DNA of 55,619 bases from an uncultured archaeon (GTDB taxonomy: Archaea > Asgardarchaeota > Lokiarchaeia > Sigyniarchaeales > SOKP01): positions 1-55,619 of the forward strand of contig CAZWEM010000025.1 in assembly GCA_964632315.1 (NCBI GenBank). The letters are read 5' to 3'. Position 1 is the stretch's first letter; the number at the start of each line of letters is the position of its first letter. Position numbers and translations under genes: made by a program. Below are positions 38,037 to 49,396 of this stretch, in pieces. Below the pieces are notes generated by a model. That model saw only the letters and a program-made list of their open reading frames with translations. It had not been told where the DNA came from and made no database searches.

Positions 38037-38666
38037 ATGGCTGAGCATGATATAAAAACAATTGTATTTGATTTAGGTGGGGTCTATTTTACTTCTGGCA
38101 CCACCTTAGCAATTGAAAAGATAAAGGAAATTTATAATATCGAAGACGAAACATTACTAAGAGAAATTTTCACCGACAGACCGACTAACGAGGGCTATTT
38201 ATTAAGGAAAGGGCTAATCACCATTGATGAGTTTGAAGAACAATTATTTGAAAAGTTAGGAATTGATCGAAAGGAAAGAAAACACACGAGATATATATGG
38301 TTTGGCTCTTATTGTGTTCATTATGGAATTGAAGAATTGGTTCAAGTATTAAAGAAAACTTACAGGTTAGTAATTTTTAGTGGAAATGTTCGAGAACGGA
38401 TTGAATATCTAGATAAGAAGAGTGGGTTTCTGAAATACTTCGATGATACCGTGTTTAGTTTTGATTACCAACAAAATAAGAATGATATTGAATTTTATGA
38501 AGAGTTAATCAAGCATTTAGGATGCAAGCCTTCTGAAGCATTATTAATTGATGATGAGAAAAAAAATATATTGATTGCTCGATCCTTAGGGATGAATGGA
38601 ATACATTATTATTACACTGAAAAATTAATTGAGGATTTAAAGAAGTATAATATAGGTATAAATTAG
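38037..38666 (+). CDS. HAD-family hydrolase
   Basis: FDLGGV and LIDD motifs. Confidence 0.88.
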   Translation: MAEHDIKTIVFDLGGVYFTSGTTLAIEKIKEIYNIEDETLLREIFTDRPTNEGYLLRKGLITIDEFEEQLFEKLGIDRKERKHTRYIWFGSYCVHYGIEELVQVLKKTYRLVIFSGNVRERIEYLDKKSGFLKYFDDTVFSFDYQQNKNDIEFYEELIKHLGCKPSEALLIDDEKKNILIARSLGMNGIHYYYTEKLIEDLKKYNIGIN

Positions 38667-38673
38667 TAAAGAT

Positions 38674-40680
38674 TTATGCTTTGATTTGAGACTCTTGTTT
38701 TAATTCCGAGATTTTGTCTCTTAAATATGCTGCATCTTCAAATCTCAATTCTTTTGCTGCCATGAACATTTTGTTCTCTAAATATTGAACAATGACATCG
38801 AGATTTCCTTCTTTTTCTAGTTCTTCTACTTTATCTTGAATTATTTTCTTGAGACGTTTTGACTCTTTTTCCTTGATTTCCATCACTTCGGAAAGAGAAT
38901 CCAATATATTTTTCTTTATTGTTTTGGGAGTTATATTATTTTGCATGTTGAATTCTTCTTGTTTACGCCTTCTTCGGTTTGTTTCATCTATAGCACCCTT
39001 CATTGCAGGAGAAATCCTTTCTGCATATAGTATAGCCCTACCTTCAACATTTCGAGAGGCTCTACCTATAGTCTGGATTAATGATCGAGTATCTCTTAAA
39101 AAACCAAGTTTATCAGCGTCTAAAATGGCAACTAATTTTACTTCGGGGAGGTCTAATCCTTCTCTTAATAGGTTTATTCCTACGACTGCATCGAAGGTTC
39201 CATTCCTGAGTTTACGAAGGATCTCAAATCTTTCTACAGTATCAACTTCGGAATGAAGGTAGGCAATCTTAATTCCCAATTCAGTATAGTATTCTGAGAT
39301 ATCTTCAGCCATTCTTTTTGTGAGGGTTGTTATAAGAATCCTCCCATTATTTGAAATGACTTTTCTTAACTCCCCTAAAAGATCATCAATTTGGTTTTTA
39401 GCGGGTCTTACTTCAACTTGAGGATCTACTAAGCCTGTCGGGCGAATAATTTGTTCCGCAGATATTCCGTTACTCTTATCCAGCTCGTAATCACCAGGAG
39501 TAGCAGACATAAATATGATATATTTAATTTTCTCTTCCCATTCTTCAAAGGTGAGCGGGCGATTATCAAAAGCACTAGGAAGCCTCCATCCATATTTCAC
39601 TAAATTTTTTTTTCTGGATCGATCACCACCAATCATACCATGGACTTGCGGAATTGTCACATGACTCTCATCAACTACAATTAAAAAATCCTCGGGAAAA
39701 TAATCAATCAAACACATTGGGGGAGTTCCAGGAGGTCTTCGATCGAGATGTCGGGAATAATTTTCGATTCCCTTACAATAACCAAGTTCTCGCATCATTT
39801 CAAGGTCAAATTTGATCCGTTTTTCCAGTCTCTGTGCCTCAGCATATTTTTTCTTTGCCATTAATTCTTGCAGTCGTTCCTCCAATTCTTTTTCAATTGA
39901 TTCTAGTGCCATCAATTTATTTTCTTCTGGTATGATAAAATGAGTAGCAGGAAAAATTCGTATATTAGATACTTCATCTATTACTTGATTAGATATAGGG
40001 TGTATCTCGTGTATTGATTCAATTTGATTTCCAAATAAAGATATTCGTATGGCAGTATCTAAATAAGCAGGATAAATGTCAACAATATCTCCTTTAACTC
40101 TGACAACACCCGGTTTAAACTCGATATCCTTCCTCTCGTAATTCATCTTAATCAATCCTTTAAGGATATCTCTCCGGTTAATTACTTGACCTACTTCCAA
40201 GTTTAAAGAAACTGCAGTCCAAGTTTCAGGGTCTCCTATACCATAAATGCAAGAAACGGTTGCAACAATAATAACGTCTTTTCGAGTCCTTATAGCATGA
40301 GTTGCCGCTAGTCTGAGACGCTCGATTTCTTCATTCACGCTAAAATCTTTCTCAATATACATTCCTGTAACTGGCATATATGCCTCTGGCTGATAATAGT
40401 CATAATAACTTACAAAATAATGAACAGCATTTTCAGGAAATAATTCTTTTAGCTCATTATAAAGCTGCGCTGCAAGAGTCTTATTTGGAGCCATTACTAA
40501 AGTAGGTTTCTGTATATTTTCTATAATGTTAGCGATGGTGAAAGTTTTACCAGTTCCGGTTGCCCCAAGTAATGTTTGAAATTTTTTTCCATTTTTAATG
40601 TTTTTCGCTAATCTTTTTATTGCTTCAGGCTGGTCTCCCCTAGGAGTAAAATCAGATTTTACTTTGAATTTGACACTCAT
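38674..40680 (-). CDS. uvrB: Excinuclease ABC subunit B
   Basis: GATGTGKT, YYDYYQPEAY, DESH and C-terminal UVR domain. Confidence 0.97.
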   Translation of the reverse strand: MSVKFKVKSDFTPRGDQPEAIKRLAKNIKNGKKFQTLLGATGTGKTFTIANIIENIQKPTLVMAPNKTLAAQLYNELKELFPENAVHYFVSYYDYYQPEAYMPVTGMYIEKDFSVNEEIERLRLAATHAIRTRKDVIIVATVSCIYGIGDPETWTAVSLNLEVGQVINRRDILKGLIKMNYERKDIEFKPGVVRVKGDIVDIYPAYLDTAIRISLFGNQIESIHEIHPISNQVIDEVSNIRIFPATHFIIPEENKLMALESIEKELEERLQELMAKKKYAEAQRLEKRIKFDLEMMRELGYCKGIENYSRHLDRRPPGTPPMCLIDYFPEDFLIVVDESHVTIPQVHGMIGGDRSRKKNLVKYGWRLPSAFDNRPLTFEEWEEKIKYIIFMSATPGDYELDKSNGISAEQIIRPTGLVDPQVEVRPAKNQIDDLLGELRKVISNNGRILITTLTKRMAEDISEYYTELGIKIAYLHSEVDTVERFEILRKLRNGTFDAVVGINLLREGLDLPEVKLVAILDADKLGFLRDTRSLIQTIGRASRNVEGRAILYAERISPAMKGAIDETNRRRRKQEEFNMQNNITPKTIKKNILDSLSEVMEIKEKESKRLKKIIQDKVEELEKEGNLDVIVQYLENKMFMAAKELRFEDAAYLRDKISELKQESQIKA

Positions 40681-40810
40681 ATTTATCCATTACGAAACTT
40701 AAACTATAATAATTTAATGAGGATGCGAATATAAACACGATAAGACAATAAAAATTGTAATGAAACAAAACTTAAGATTTTTATGAAAAAAAGTGAAAAA
40801 TTCTTTAGTG

Positions 40811-43800
40811 CTAGGAAATCACCGTTTCAAGGTGAGAATCTTCCGCTCCTTCTCTGGTTAGTACAAATATCTCTAATTTGTTCCCAACATTTACAGTACC
40901 TATTATTAATTCAAGATTAGTCATGCTAATTGAAAGTTGTAATGAACTGTCATATGCTATGATATCTCCAATTTCAGTAAATGGAATTAACGTTCCATTG
41001 ATATAAACAGCATCAAGAGTGACATTTAGTTTTCCAGTATTTAAAATATCAATATTTACATTGGATAGATCTCTAGCAACCGTTCCCGGAGTGTTTATCT
41101 CGATGGCGTAAAGATCAGAATTTACAATTGCAGTTAAATCAATTAAATTGCTTGCTGTGGTATTTGTAAGCACCTCAACAGATAAGGTATTTGTCGCATT
41201 GATATTAAAATCTGAGATATTGAATGAAATTAAGGCACATTCTTGAATGCCTAATACTTTATCTCCATAATCGAAAGTTACATTATTATCTACAGATAAA
41301 ACGCTCGTACCATTCAAAACGATATCACTCAACTCAAAAGGTTGGTCACCAGTATTTTTGACCAAAATTTGTCCCGTTTCATTTGCCCAAATCGATGACA
41401 CCCTAGTTCCTTTTACATTCTCCAGAATTTGAACATCCGGTCCATCATTAATAGTTTGTAGATAAGCGATATCCGATGCTTTTGTTGATCCATCAAAATT
41501 TGCGGTGATTACCACCCCAACTTCATCATTCACATCAAGACTTATGTAATCTGAAGCTCTAATAGAGACAGTCTTTTCTTGTCCTGGAAGCATATTAAAT
41601 GGAGTGAACGATGTAGATATCCAAGAACTAGTACCCTTCAAATAAATGGAATCCATACCTAGTATGATATCTCCTGTATTCTTCAACCTTAAACTCAGTA
41701 CACTGGTTCCGTTATCATAAGTATATGCATGGGTATCACTGAGATCTATAGGAATTTGATTCCTGAGAGTTGCATTATTTAGTGCTATAGATAATTCTGG
41801 AGAGACTATTCGATCTTGCGGTAAGACTGATATCTTGAAATTTGGGTAATTAGAAGTCAACAATATCTCGTCCTTAATATTATTAGGTGTACTAACTCCA
41901 ATTAATTGCTCAGTTCGAAGAGGATAGAATGGAATCTCTGAATTTTTAATTAGAAAAGTTGCTTTTTGCCCAGGTTCTAAGATAACTGAACCACTTTCTA
42001 AAAGGATATTACTAAATACATTATCTTCAGAATTGTGATATACTTTATCTAATACAACATTAGTTTTTCCAGTATTTTCAACCTCCAAATGGATATTTGA
42101 AGATGACTCATTGACTTGTTCTACCCAACTATTTTTTCTATTTATCCTTATCTGACCCTCAGGAGCTTTCTTTACCAATAAATTACTTGTTGAGTTCGTG
42201 AAAGTATACGTTTTACCTGCCAATGCAGGAGCCTCTGCTTCTACGGTAATATTAACCACGTTATCAATGTCAAAATCTCCTCCACCACGTTTTATATCAA
42301 CCCAAACAAGATCCTCATCACTTGAATTTATCACGTTATCAGGACTTTTTCCTAAGTAATAAGCATAACTAACATCATTGACCTTTACATCAGAGATGGT
42401 AAGATTTTTATCCCCTGTATTAGCGATTTTGAAAGTGGCAAAATCAGTATCGTAAACTTCTGCATCCTTAATAGAAAATGAAGAATCCAATGCGGTATAA
42501 TCCATCTGGTAAATCTTTACCATACCAAGAGTCGAATTGAAGGCTGATTTAAATACTTTGAAATCATAATTTCCATGATAAGGAATATCCGTTACCCAAT
42601 AATTTCCATTATCATCCTTACGTTGGCTGTTTATCTGATACTGATAATATTCAACAAAATTTTGGGGTTGACCAGATATAGGGTCGGTAGGCAATCCGTA
42701 AAACATAAGCCGTACAATTTGGCTATTAAACCACTTCGATTCCGGACTGCCACTAGATGCATTCCAGTACTGGTTTTCATCAAATACGCTATTTTCTGCC
42801 CAATTGGGCTTTTCAAGGCCCATCTGTTTATACTTTTCGTAATGATCATTACAGATTCGCAACATCCAGGGCCACTTTCCCTCATCCCCACCTAATGCGT
42901 TGTAAAGGAATCCAAAATAAACAAGCACATAATCCGCATGTAACTTACGGAAGATTTCTGCACTATATAACTCATTCGTTTGCGTGAACGCCATACCTGT
43001 AAGTCCGATCCGAGTGGAATTAACAGTAGCATTGTCGTTTACAGTCGTCATATTTCCTATAGCTGTTATCCAGTAGCCATAGTCCCACCATGATACTACG
43101 ACTGTTGTTCCAGCCAAGTTGGTCCTTGTCCAAGTAAGTGCTTCTTCCCAATCATGAAACTGACCTCCGGGTGAAATTTGACTATAAGCAAGATCGGTGG
43201 TTGATACTTGGGCAGCATGAGACACTTGTACAAAACACATAATACCTACAATGAAATATACAAGTCCGATTTCAAAGTTTCCAACCGTAGATTTTATTTG
43301 TCGTTTCCTTTTACGACTAATATTTCGACGTTCTCCAAAGAAGCTCCCAAAAATTTTCAAGATATTACTTAATCCGTAAGCTCCAAGAAGAGATGCTGCA
43401 GGGGCAAAGAGTAAAATGATCCTTATCATACTTCCAGTGAAATAGAATAAAGTAAGCAAGAAGACAATTAAGAAAATATCGATATAACTTGAACGTTTAA
43501 ACGCAAAGAATACACCTAATGGTAATAACATTAAGGGTATCAAGGTGTTATAATAAAATACACTCCATGAGCTGGGAGAATGTTCAGCAACTGAAGCAAC
43601 TAAATTTAACTGCTCTCTTAAAAGCGGGCTCAAAATGCTCTGTAGTCGGTTTCCAATTCCTAACGGAATCAGATTTGGGTTTATCCATATAATAACTCCA
43701 ATTATAACCGCAATCGGAATGATCCCCCATTTTACAGCATTAAGAACATTCTTATAAAATCTCGGATTGGATTCTTTCTTGGAATATATAAGATGGAACA

Positions 43801-44662
43801 CTAGTAATAAGATAATAAAGAAAAACACGCCTCCAATGTCTAGACTGCTAAAAAGCTCATTATAATTGAAAGTAATATATAAAGAAAAAATAAGTAATCC
43901 AGTACCGACCACACCAGTATAAGAAATTAATACTTTCGCGTTATACTTGCCAACTACAACAATGAGACCTACAATCAAAGGTAAGAGATAAAAAACGAAA
44001 TTATATCCCCCCCATGAGAGAGATAAATATCCTAAAAATATACCCCCAAGAATAGAATCAGTAATTTTTCCAGTTCTCATCGCTTTAATGAAAAAGTATA
44101 AAGTCATCAAAGTCCCAAATACACCAACTGTTTCGTTGTCAAAGAAGCCAGCGGCCGTTCTTTGCATGAATCCTACATTGAAAGCCATAAAGAATGCAAA
44201 AAATAAACCACATTTTTTATCGAGGACTTCTTTTCCAAGTAAATAAGATGCAAATACAGAAGCTCCTCCCATAAATGCTGGAAAAAAGAAGCAAACATCA
44301 TATAATGAAACAGGAATTCCCAACGTTGTAAAAAATTTGTAAATCGCAACAACCGTGAATGTAAGCCCGGGTCTTAGATGCCCTCTAGGAAATCCTTCTG
44401 GAAACCAACTTTTGAAATCTCTCCAGTTAAAATATTGGTACAATGTATGATCTGATAAATAATTTGCATTATAATATTGAATCCATGGATCAAAAGCCTT
44501 AATCATAAAATTATTGACTACTATTGGAGATAATCTAATTCCGATTGCAATGACTACGAGTAATAATAAAGCAAAAAAGAGCAAGAAGTTTTGAGCTTTT
44601 ACTGTTAACCCTGCGCGAATTCGATCTCTGAAGTTTCTAAATACATTAACGATAGCACTCAT
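40811..44662 (-). CDS. aglB: Oligosaccharyltransferase AglB/STT3 with a long C-terminal extension of beta-sandwich repeats
   Basis: FDPW, DNE, SVAEH, WWDYG and DEGKWPWM motifs. Confidence 0.93.
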   Translation of the reverse strand: MSAIVNVFRNFRDRIRAGLTVKAQNFLLFFALLLLVVIAIGIRLSPIVVNNFMIKAFDPWIQYYNANYLSDHTLYQYFNWRDFKSWFPEGFPRGHLRPGLTFTVVAIYKFFTTLGIPVSLYDVCFFFPAFMGGASVFASYLLGKEVLDKKCGLFFAFFMAFNVGFMQRTAAGFFDNETVGVFGTLMTLYFFIKAMRTGKITDSILGGIFLGYLSLSWGGYNFVFYLLPLIVGLIVVVGKYNAKVLISYTGVVGTGLLIFSLYITFNYNELFSSLDIGGVFFFIILLLVFHLIYSKKESNPRFYKNVLNAVKWGIIPIAVIIGVIIWINPNLIPLGIGNRLQSILSPLLREQLNLVASVAEHSPSSWSVFYYNTLIPLMLLPLGVFFAFKRSSYIDIFLIVFLLTLFYFTGSMIRIILLFAPAASLLGAYGLSNILKIFGSFFGERRNISRKRKRQIKSTVGNFEIGLVYFIVGIMCFVQVSHAAQVSTTDLAYSQISPGGQFHDWEEALTWTRTNLAGTTVVVSWWDYGYWITAIGNMTTVNDNATVNSTRIGLTGMAFTQTNELYSAEIFRKLHADYVLVYFGFLYNALGGDEGKWPWMLRICNDHYEKYKQMGLEKPNWAENSVFDENQYWNASSGSPESKWFNSQIVRLMFYGLPTDPISGQPQNFVEYYQYQINSQRKDDNGNYWVTDIPYHGNYDFKVFKSAFNSTLGMVKIYQMDYTALDSSFSIKDAEVYDTDFATFKIANTGDKNLTISDVKVNDVSYAYYLGKSPDNVINSSDEDLVWVDIKRGGGDFDIDNVVNITVEAEAPALAGKTYTFTNSTSNLLVKKAPEGQIRINRKNSWVEQVNESSSNIHLEVENTGKTNVVLDKVYHNSEDNVFSNILLESGSVILEPGQKATFLIKNSEIPFYPLRTEQLIGVSTPNNIKDEILLTSNYPNFKISVLPQDRIVSPELSIALNNATLRNQIPIDLSDTHAYTYDNGTSVLSLRLKNTGDIILGMDSIYLKGTSSWISTSFTPFNMLPGQEKTVSIRASDYISLDVNDEVGVVITANFDGSTKASDIAYLQTINDGPDVQILENVKGTRVSSIWANETGQILVKNTGDQPFELSDIVLNGTSVLSVDNNVTFDYGDKVLGIQECALISFNISDFNINATNTLSVEVLTNTTASNLIDLTAIVNSDLYAIEINTPGTVARDLSNVNIDILNTGKLNVTLDAVYINGTLIPFTEIGDIIAYDSSLQLSISMTNLELIIGTVNVGNKLEIFVLTREGAEDSHLETVIS

Positions 44663-44811
44663 AAATTTTATCCTTAAAGTTTTTATTTAATCATTTTTAA
44701 TAAATTTCTAATTAAAACTTAGAATATAAAAATTTCTTATATCATTAAAAGATGATGGTTTCTCTCAGAAAACCGTCACGATATTTAAACAATTACATAT
44801 AAACTCGACCC

Positions 44812-45657
44812 ATGGACGCTAAAAGATATTTGTTTAAGTTTTTTTATGTTGGATCCAAAAAATATCATGGCTCTCAACGACAGAATGGTTTAGAGACCAT
44901 AGAAGATTGCATAATTAATGGATTGACGAGTAAAGGATACATAATAAATGCTAGTTCTTCAGGTTTTGAGGTGGCTAGCAGAACGGATAAGTTAGTTTCT
45001 GCGAGAGGATCAGCTTTTTCTTGTAAGCTAAAAAAGGAACCAATATTGATGGAAATAAATTCTGTTTTACCGAGAGATATAGGAATTTGGGCATTTGTGG
45101 AAGTCCCCGAATCCTTTCTTTCTAGATATAATGCTATATATAGGCATTATAAGTATTTTTTGCCACTCGATTATTTCAAAAATGGGAAACGTTTAAAATT
45201 AAATTTAAAAGCAATTAGGAGGGGTTGTAAGCTGACGAGTGGGAGGCAGAATTTTAAAAATTTTTACAAAATTAGTCTGGATGTCGAAGAAAAAACAGTT
45301 AGGGATTTACAATTATCAGTTATCAAGGATGAAAGTATTTTAATTTTCAATTTTAAAAGTCGAGCATTCCTAAGGCAACAAATCCGAAAGATTATGACTA
45401 AAATTATAGAATTAGGTAAAAAAGATATTAGTATAAGGGAATATGCTGAATTATTAGATCCAACAAAAGAATATTCATTTCCCCCAGCAGATCCAAATGG
45501 ATTAATTTTATGGGATATTTCATATGGAAAGAACCTTAAATTTAATATAGACCAAAATTCTTTAGAAAGAATGATGGAATATTTGAATGTAAATTATTTA
45601 TACCATAAAACAAGATCAAAGTTATTCGAAAGTTTCCAACAAGACAATTTTGGCTAA
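44812..45657 (+). CDS. truA: tRNA pseudouridine(38-40) synthase
   Basis: HGSQRQ, SRTDKLVSA and FLRQQIR motifs. Confidence 0.9.
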   Translation: MDAKRYLFKFFYVGSKKYHGSQRQNGLETIEDCIINGLTSKGYIINASSSGFEVASRTDKLVSARGSAFSCKLKKEPILMEINSVLPRDIGIWAFVEVPESFLSRYNAIYRHYKYFLPLDYFKNGKRLKLNLKAIRRGCKLTSGRQNFKNFYKISLDVEEKTVRDLQLSVIKDESILIFNFKSRAFLRQQIRKIMTKIIELGKKDISIREYAELLDPTKEYSFPPADPNGLILWDISYGKNLKFNIDQNSLERMMEYLNVNYLYHKTRSKLFESFQQDNFG

Positions 45658-46593
45658 TAAAGCTTTCAATTGTATCTCTTCTGTTGCACCTTGGCTCAAG
45701 CGATATTCAAATTCAGCTAATAATTTTGATAATTCAATTTTTTTCTCTTCTGGTATGTTTAAATCATACATTTCTCGATGAATATTTTTAATTATATTAA
45801 TGCCAGAGAGTCCATACTCTTGAGTAACATCATCGAGTAGTTTAATTGAAAGTCGAAGCTGACCTTGAAGAGCCACATCTATTATCTCTTTAATTTTATT
45901 TGATGGAATTTCTCCCGCAACTCGATATACTATATCTTGATCAATTTTTTTTGAAATAGTTCCACAAGATTGCAAATAATTTATTGCTCTTCGACAGTCA
46001 CCTTGCGAAACCTTAACCAACGCATTTAATCCGCTTATACTGATTGATAACTCTTCTTTCTTAGCGATTAATTTTAGACGTTGCTTTATGTCTTCATCGT
46101 TAAGAGATGAAAATCTAAAAATTACACATCTTGATTGAATTGGGGCGATTATTTTATTCGAGTAGTTACAGATTAAGATCATTCTACAATTTGCTGTATA
46201 TTTTTCCATTGTTCTTCTTAATGCTTGTTGTGCTTGAGAAGTCATGTTATCAGCTTCATCAAGAATCAATATTTTAAAGGGAAATTCCATGGGCGGTTGA
46301 GATTTTGCAAAATCTTTAATAAAAGTTCGAACTACGTTAATTCCTCGTGCGTCACTAGCATTTAATTCTAAATGCGTTCTATTTGGAGTTCTTTTACTTC
46401 CATATATTTCTCTCACCATTGCAAGGGCAGATGTAGTCTTTCCAGTTCCGGCAGGGCCAGCAAATATTAGGTGCGGCATAGATTTATCTTTTACAAATTG
46501 TTTTAGCCTATTGATTATCCCCTTCTGATTAACAATTTGATTCAAATTTCGAGGGCGATATTTTTCGACCCAAGGTCTATTTTTGATTGACAT
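45622..46593 (-). CDS. rfcS: Replication factor C small subunit
   Basis: PWVEKYRP, GPAGTGKT, ELNASD, DEAD and SRC motifs; no intein. Confidence 0.96.
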   Translation of the reverse strand: MSIKNRPWVEKYRPRNLNQIVNQKGIINRLKQFVKDKSMPHLIFAGPAGTGKTTSALAMVREIYGSKRTPNRTHLELNASDARGINVVRTFIKDFAKSQPPMEFPFKILILDEADNMTSQAQQALRRTMEKYTANCRMILICNYSNKIIAPIQSRCVIFRFSSLNDEDIKQRLKLIAKKEELSISISGLNALVKVSQGDCRRAINYLQSCGTISKKIDQDIVYRVAGEIPSNKIKEIIDVALQGQLRLSIKLLDDVTQEYGLSGINIIKNIHREMYDLNIPEEKKIELSKLLAEFEYRLSQGATEEIQLKALLAKIVLLETFE

Positions 46594-46696
46594 TGTTATA
46601 GTTAAACTAATTAGAATTGTCGGTTTATATTAATATATAGTCACAAGAATAAAAATTTCTTTGTTTGACTATTTAAAATTTAGAAGTGGTATTAAC

Positions 46697-48004
46697 ATGA
46701 CTGATTATAAAATAACTAAAATAAAAAGTCGGTGGATTTTAGATTCCAGAGGAAACCCAACCGTAGAAACAGATGTTTACTCTGATGATGTATTTGCGAG
46801 GGCCGCAGTACCATCCGGAGCTTCTACGGGAGTATCAGAAGCCTTAGAATTGAGAGACCAAGGTAAAGCATTTCATGGAAAACATGTGACTAAAGCAGTA
46901 TCTAATGTGAATGAAATCATTGCGAAAAAGTTGAAGGGATTTGATGTTCGAGAACAAGAAACAATTGACAAAGAAATGATTGATATTGACGGTACGTCAA
47001 ATAAAAGTAGTTTAGGAGCGAATGCGATTTTATCTGTATCTCTAAGTGTGGCAAAGTTGGCAGCAAAGATTTTAGACAAACCATTATTTGCTCATTTGCA
47101 TAACTTAAGTTTTCATAAATCTCGCAAGGATTATCTCTTGCCTTTACCTTGTTGCAACATCATTAATGGAGGAGAGCATGCAGGAAACAATTTAGCAGTT
47201 CAAGAATTCATGGTGTTGCCTTTAGGAGCAAATAGGTTCTCACAAGCAATAGAAAATGTCGTAGAAGTTTATCAGACATTAAAACTATTATTGAAGGATA
47301 AATATGGTAAATCTGCGATTAATGTTGGAGATGAGGGAGGTTTTGCCCCGAATTTATCAACCACACATGAAGCTATCGATGTAATAGTTAAAGCAATTGA
47401 AAATTCAGGTTTTAAAATGGGTACCGATTTTTATATCGGGATGGATGCTGCTGCAAGCGAATTTTTCAATGATGGAACGTATCAAATCGATGGTAAGAAG
47501 TTAGACGAAACAGAATTACTCCAGTACTATCTGGATCTCATAAGAAAGTATCCATATTTAAAATCGATTGAAGATCCTTTTGATGAAAAGTCCTTTGACA
47601 GTTTTGCTAAGCTTACAAAAGAAATTGATGAGTCAATTCAAATTGTGGATGATGATATTACTGTCACTAACATTGAACTTTTACAGAAGGCAATAAATAA
47701 AGGATCTGGGAATGCTCTACTGCTTAAAGTGAATCAAATAGGTAGTCTAACAGAAGCTATTGAAGCTAGCAAAATGGCTTTTAAAAATGGCTTCAATGTA
47801 ATGGTTTCACATCGATCTGGGGAAACTGAAGATCCTTTTATTGCTGATCTTGCTGTGGGTCTATGTACAGGTCAGATGAAAAGTGGAGCTCCTTGTAGAG
47901 GGGAAAGAACTAGTAAATACAATCAATTACTTCGAATTGAGGAGTTTTTAGGTGAAAATTCCGCTTTTCCAGATAGATTTGATTCGTGGAAAAAATTTCA
48001 ATAA
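46697..48004 (+). CDS. eno: Enolase (ATG at 46697 preferred over the upstream TTG)
   Basis: DSRGNPT, PSGASTG, GDEGGFAP and SHRSGETED motifs. Confidence 0.97.
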   Translation: MTDYKITKIKSRWILDSRGNPTVETDVYSDDVFARAAVPSGASTGVSEALELRDQGKAFHGKHVTKAVSNVNEIIAKKLKGFDVREQETIDKEMIDIDGTSNKSSLGANAILSVSLSVAKLAAKILDKPLFAHLHNLSFHKSRKDYLLPLPCCNIINGGEHAGNNLAVQEFMVLPLGANRFSQAIENVVEVYQTLKLLLKDKYGKSAINVGDEGGFAPNLSTTHEAIDVIVKAIENSGFKMGTDFYIGMDAAASEFFNDGTYQIDGKKLDETELLQYYLDLIRKYPYLKSIEDPFDEKSFDSFAKLTKEIDESIQIVDDDITVTNIELLQKAINKGSGNALLLKVNQIGSLTEAIEASKMAFKNGFNVMVSHRSGETEDPFIADLAVGLCTGQMKSGAPCRGERTSKYNQLLRIEEFLGENSAFPDRFDSWKKFQ

Positions 48005-48005
48005 G

Positions 48006-48659
48006 TTAAATCTGTTTTATAAATCTATAAATCCGTACATTAATCTCTTTCATCTTTTTACTATGAAAGGGAAAAGATCGCTCCAATCTCATTTGGAATG
48101 GAAATGAGTAATCAATAGCCCACCCGTTTTTCCCAACAAACTTAGAAATAAACTTGAAAACATCTTGATGATCTAAGTGAATAGAATAAATCACATCAGA
48201 ATAAGTAAAAGCACTCATTAGAAAAACTCTATCTGCTCTTTTTCTTTGAACTCCAAAAGGAGGATTCATTATTGTCGTTATTTGTACATCGTCTAATAAA
48301 AAATGCTTATTAAAAGAGAAATGACTGACATCCATGCAAATGGGGTAAATAACCTGGTGCAATTTGAGCTGAAGAATATTTCTTTTAAAAATCTGGATAG
48401 CATTCCAGTCCAAATCAATGCCTATAACTTTAATTGGATTGAAAAAACTACTAGCTAGTGATAATCTCCCTGTACCAGTTCCAAGATCTATGATTAAGTT
48501 TTTGTAAATATCGTTAAATTCAAACCCAGCAAAATAAACAATATCCACAGCACTGATAGCATCAATACAATATTGCTCTAATTCTATTTTTGGGTTAGAG
48601 AATGAAGCAGTTTTTTGAATTATGGAGATCAAATTCTTTTTCTTTATTGCAATCGCCAA
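48006..48659 (-). CDS. METTL5-like N6-adenine RNA methyltransferase
   Basis: LEQY, DLGTGTG and NPPFG motifs. Confidence 0.88.
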   Translation of the reverse strand: MAIAIKKKNLISIIQKTASFSNPKIELEQYCIDAISAVDIVYFAGFEFNDIYKNLIIDLGTGTGRLSLASSFFNPIKVIGIDLDWNAIQIFKRNILQLKLHQVIYPICMDVSHFSFNKHFLLDDVQITTIMNPPFGVQRKRADRVFLMSAFTYSDVIYSIHLDHQDVFKFISKFVGKNGWAIDYSFPFQMRLERSFPFHSKKMKEINVRIYRFIKQI

Positions 48660-48750
48660 AGATAATCCCTTTTTTTTCTTATACTACATTATCAATAAAT
48701 TTATTTATTTTCTTTAATATTATCTTATTGGAATTATTGGAAAAACAGAG

Positions 48751-49356
48751 ATGTACATAATGAAAGAACCTGTTAAAAGCAAAGACATCGTGACAACGGG
48801 ACAGTACTTAGGTGTTGTAGAAGAATACTTACCGGATAAGCGGTCAACTTTTATTAAAGATGGTAAAATATTTGCAGCAAAAACCGGGATAGTCACGATT
48901 GATAAAAATAAAAGAGAAATTGAGATAAAGGGACATCAAGAAGAAGATAGAAAAATAATTCATATAGGAGATATTGTAATTGGAACTGTATTATTTTTAA
49001 GGCTTTACTCTGTAGGAATTAATTTTCATGCAATAAATCAAAAATTACACTTCAATAGTTCATATTTTGGCAACATTCACGTGTCTCAAATATCTCATAG
49101 ATATATAGATAAAATTTCAAATGCATTTCAAATCACTGATATTGTGCGAGCTAAAGTCATTGAAGAAGAAGCTAATGAATATAAATTAACCACCGTAGGT
49201 AAAGAATTAGGAGTAATACATGCTGATTGTACCATATGTGGAACTCCATTAGATAAAGTTGGAGCGGATAGATTACGGTGTGATCGATGTGGAAACATTG
49301 AAACCAGAAAGCTCGCTTCAGATTATCGAAATGTTTCTGAAAATCTAAGATTTTAA
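48751..49356 (+). CDS. csl4: Exosome complex RNA-binding protein Csl4
   Basis: S1 domain, LGVIHADCTICG and CDRCGNIETRKLA. Confidence 0.92.
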   Translation: MYIMKEPVKSKDIVTTGQYLGVVEEYLPDKRSTFIKDGKIFAAKTGIVTIDKNKREIEIKGHQEEDRKIIHIGDIVIGTVLFLRLYSVGINFHAINQKLHFNSSYFGNIHVSQISHRYIDKISNAFQITDIVRAKVIEEEANEYKLTTVGKELGVIHADCTICGTPLDKVGADRLRCDRCGNIETRKLASDYRNVSENLRF

Positions 49357-49396
49357 TTTTTTTATTTGTTAACTAATTCAAATGCCCGATTGAATC

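Noticed and set aside
44752-44778. Hairpin TGATGGTTT...AAACCGTCA between aglB and truA
   Set aside because: A simple imperfect inverted repeat without BHB geometry; no function can be assigned.
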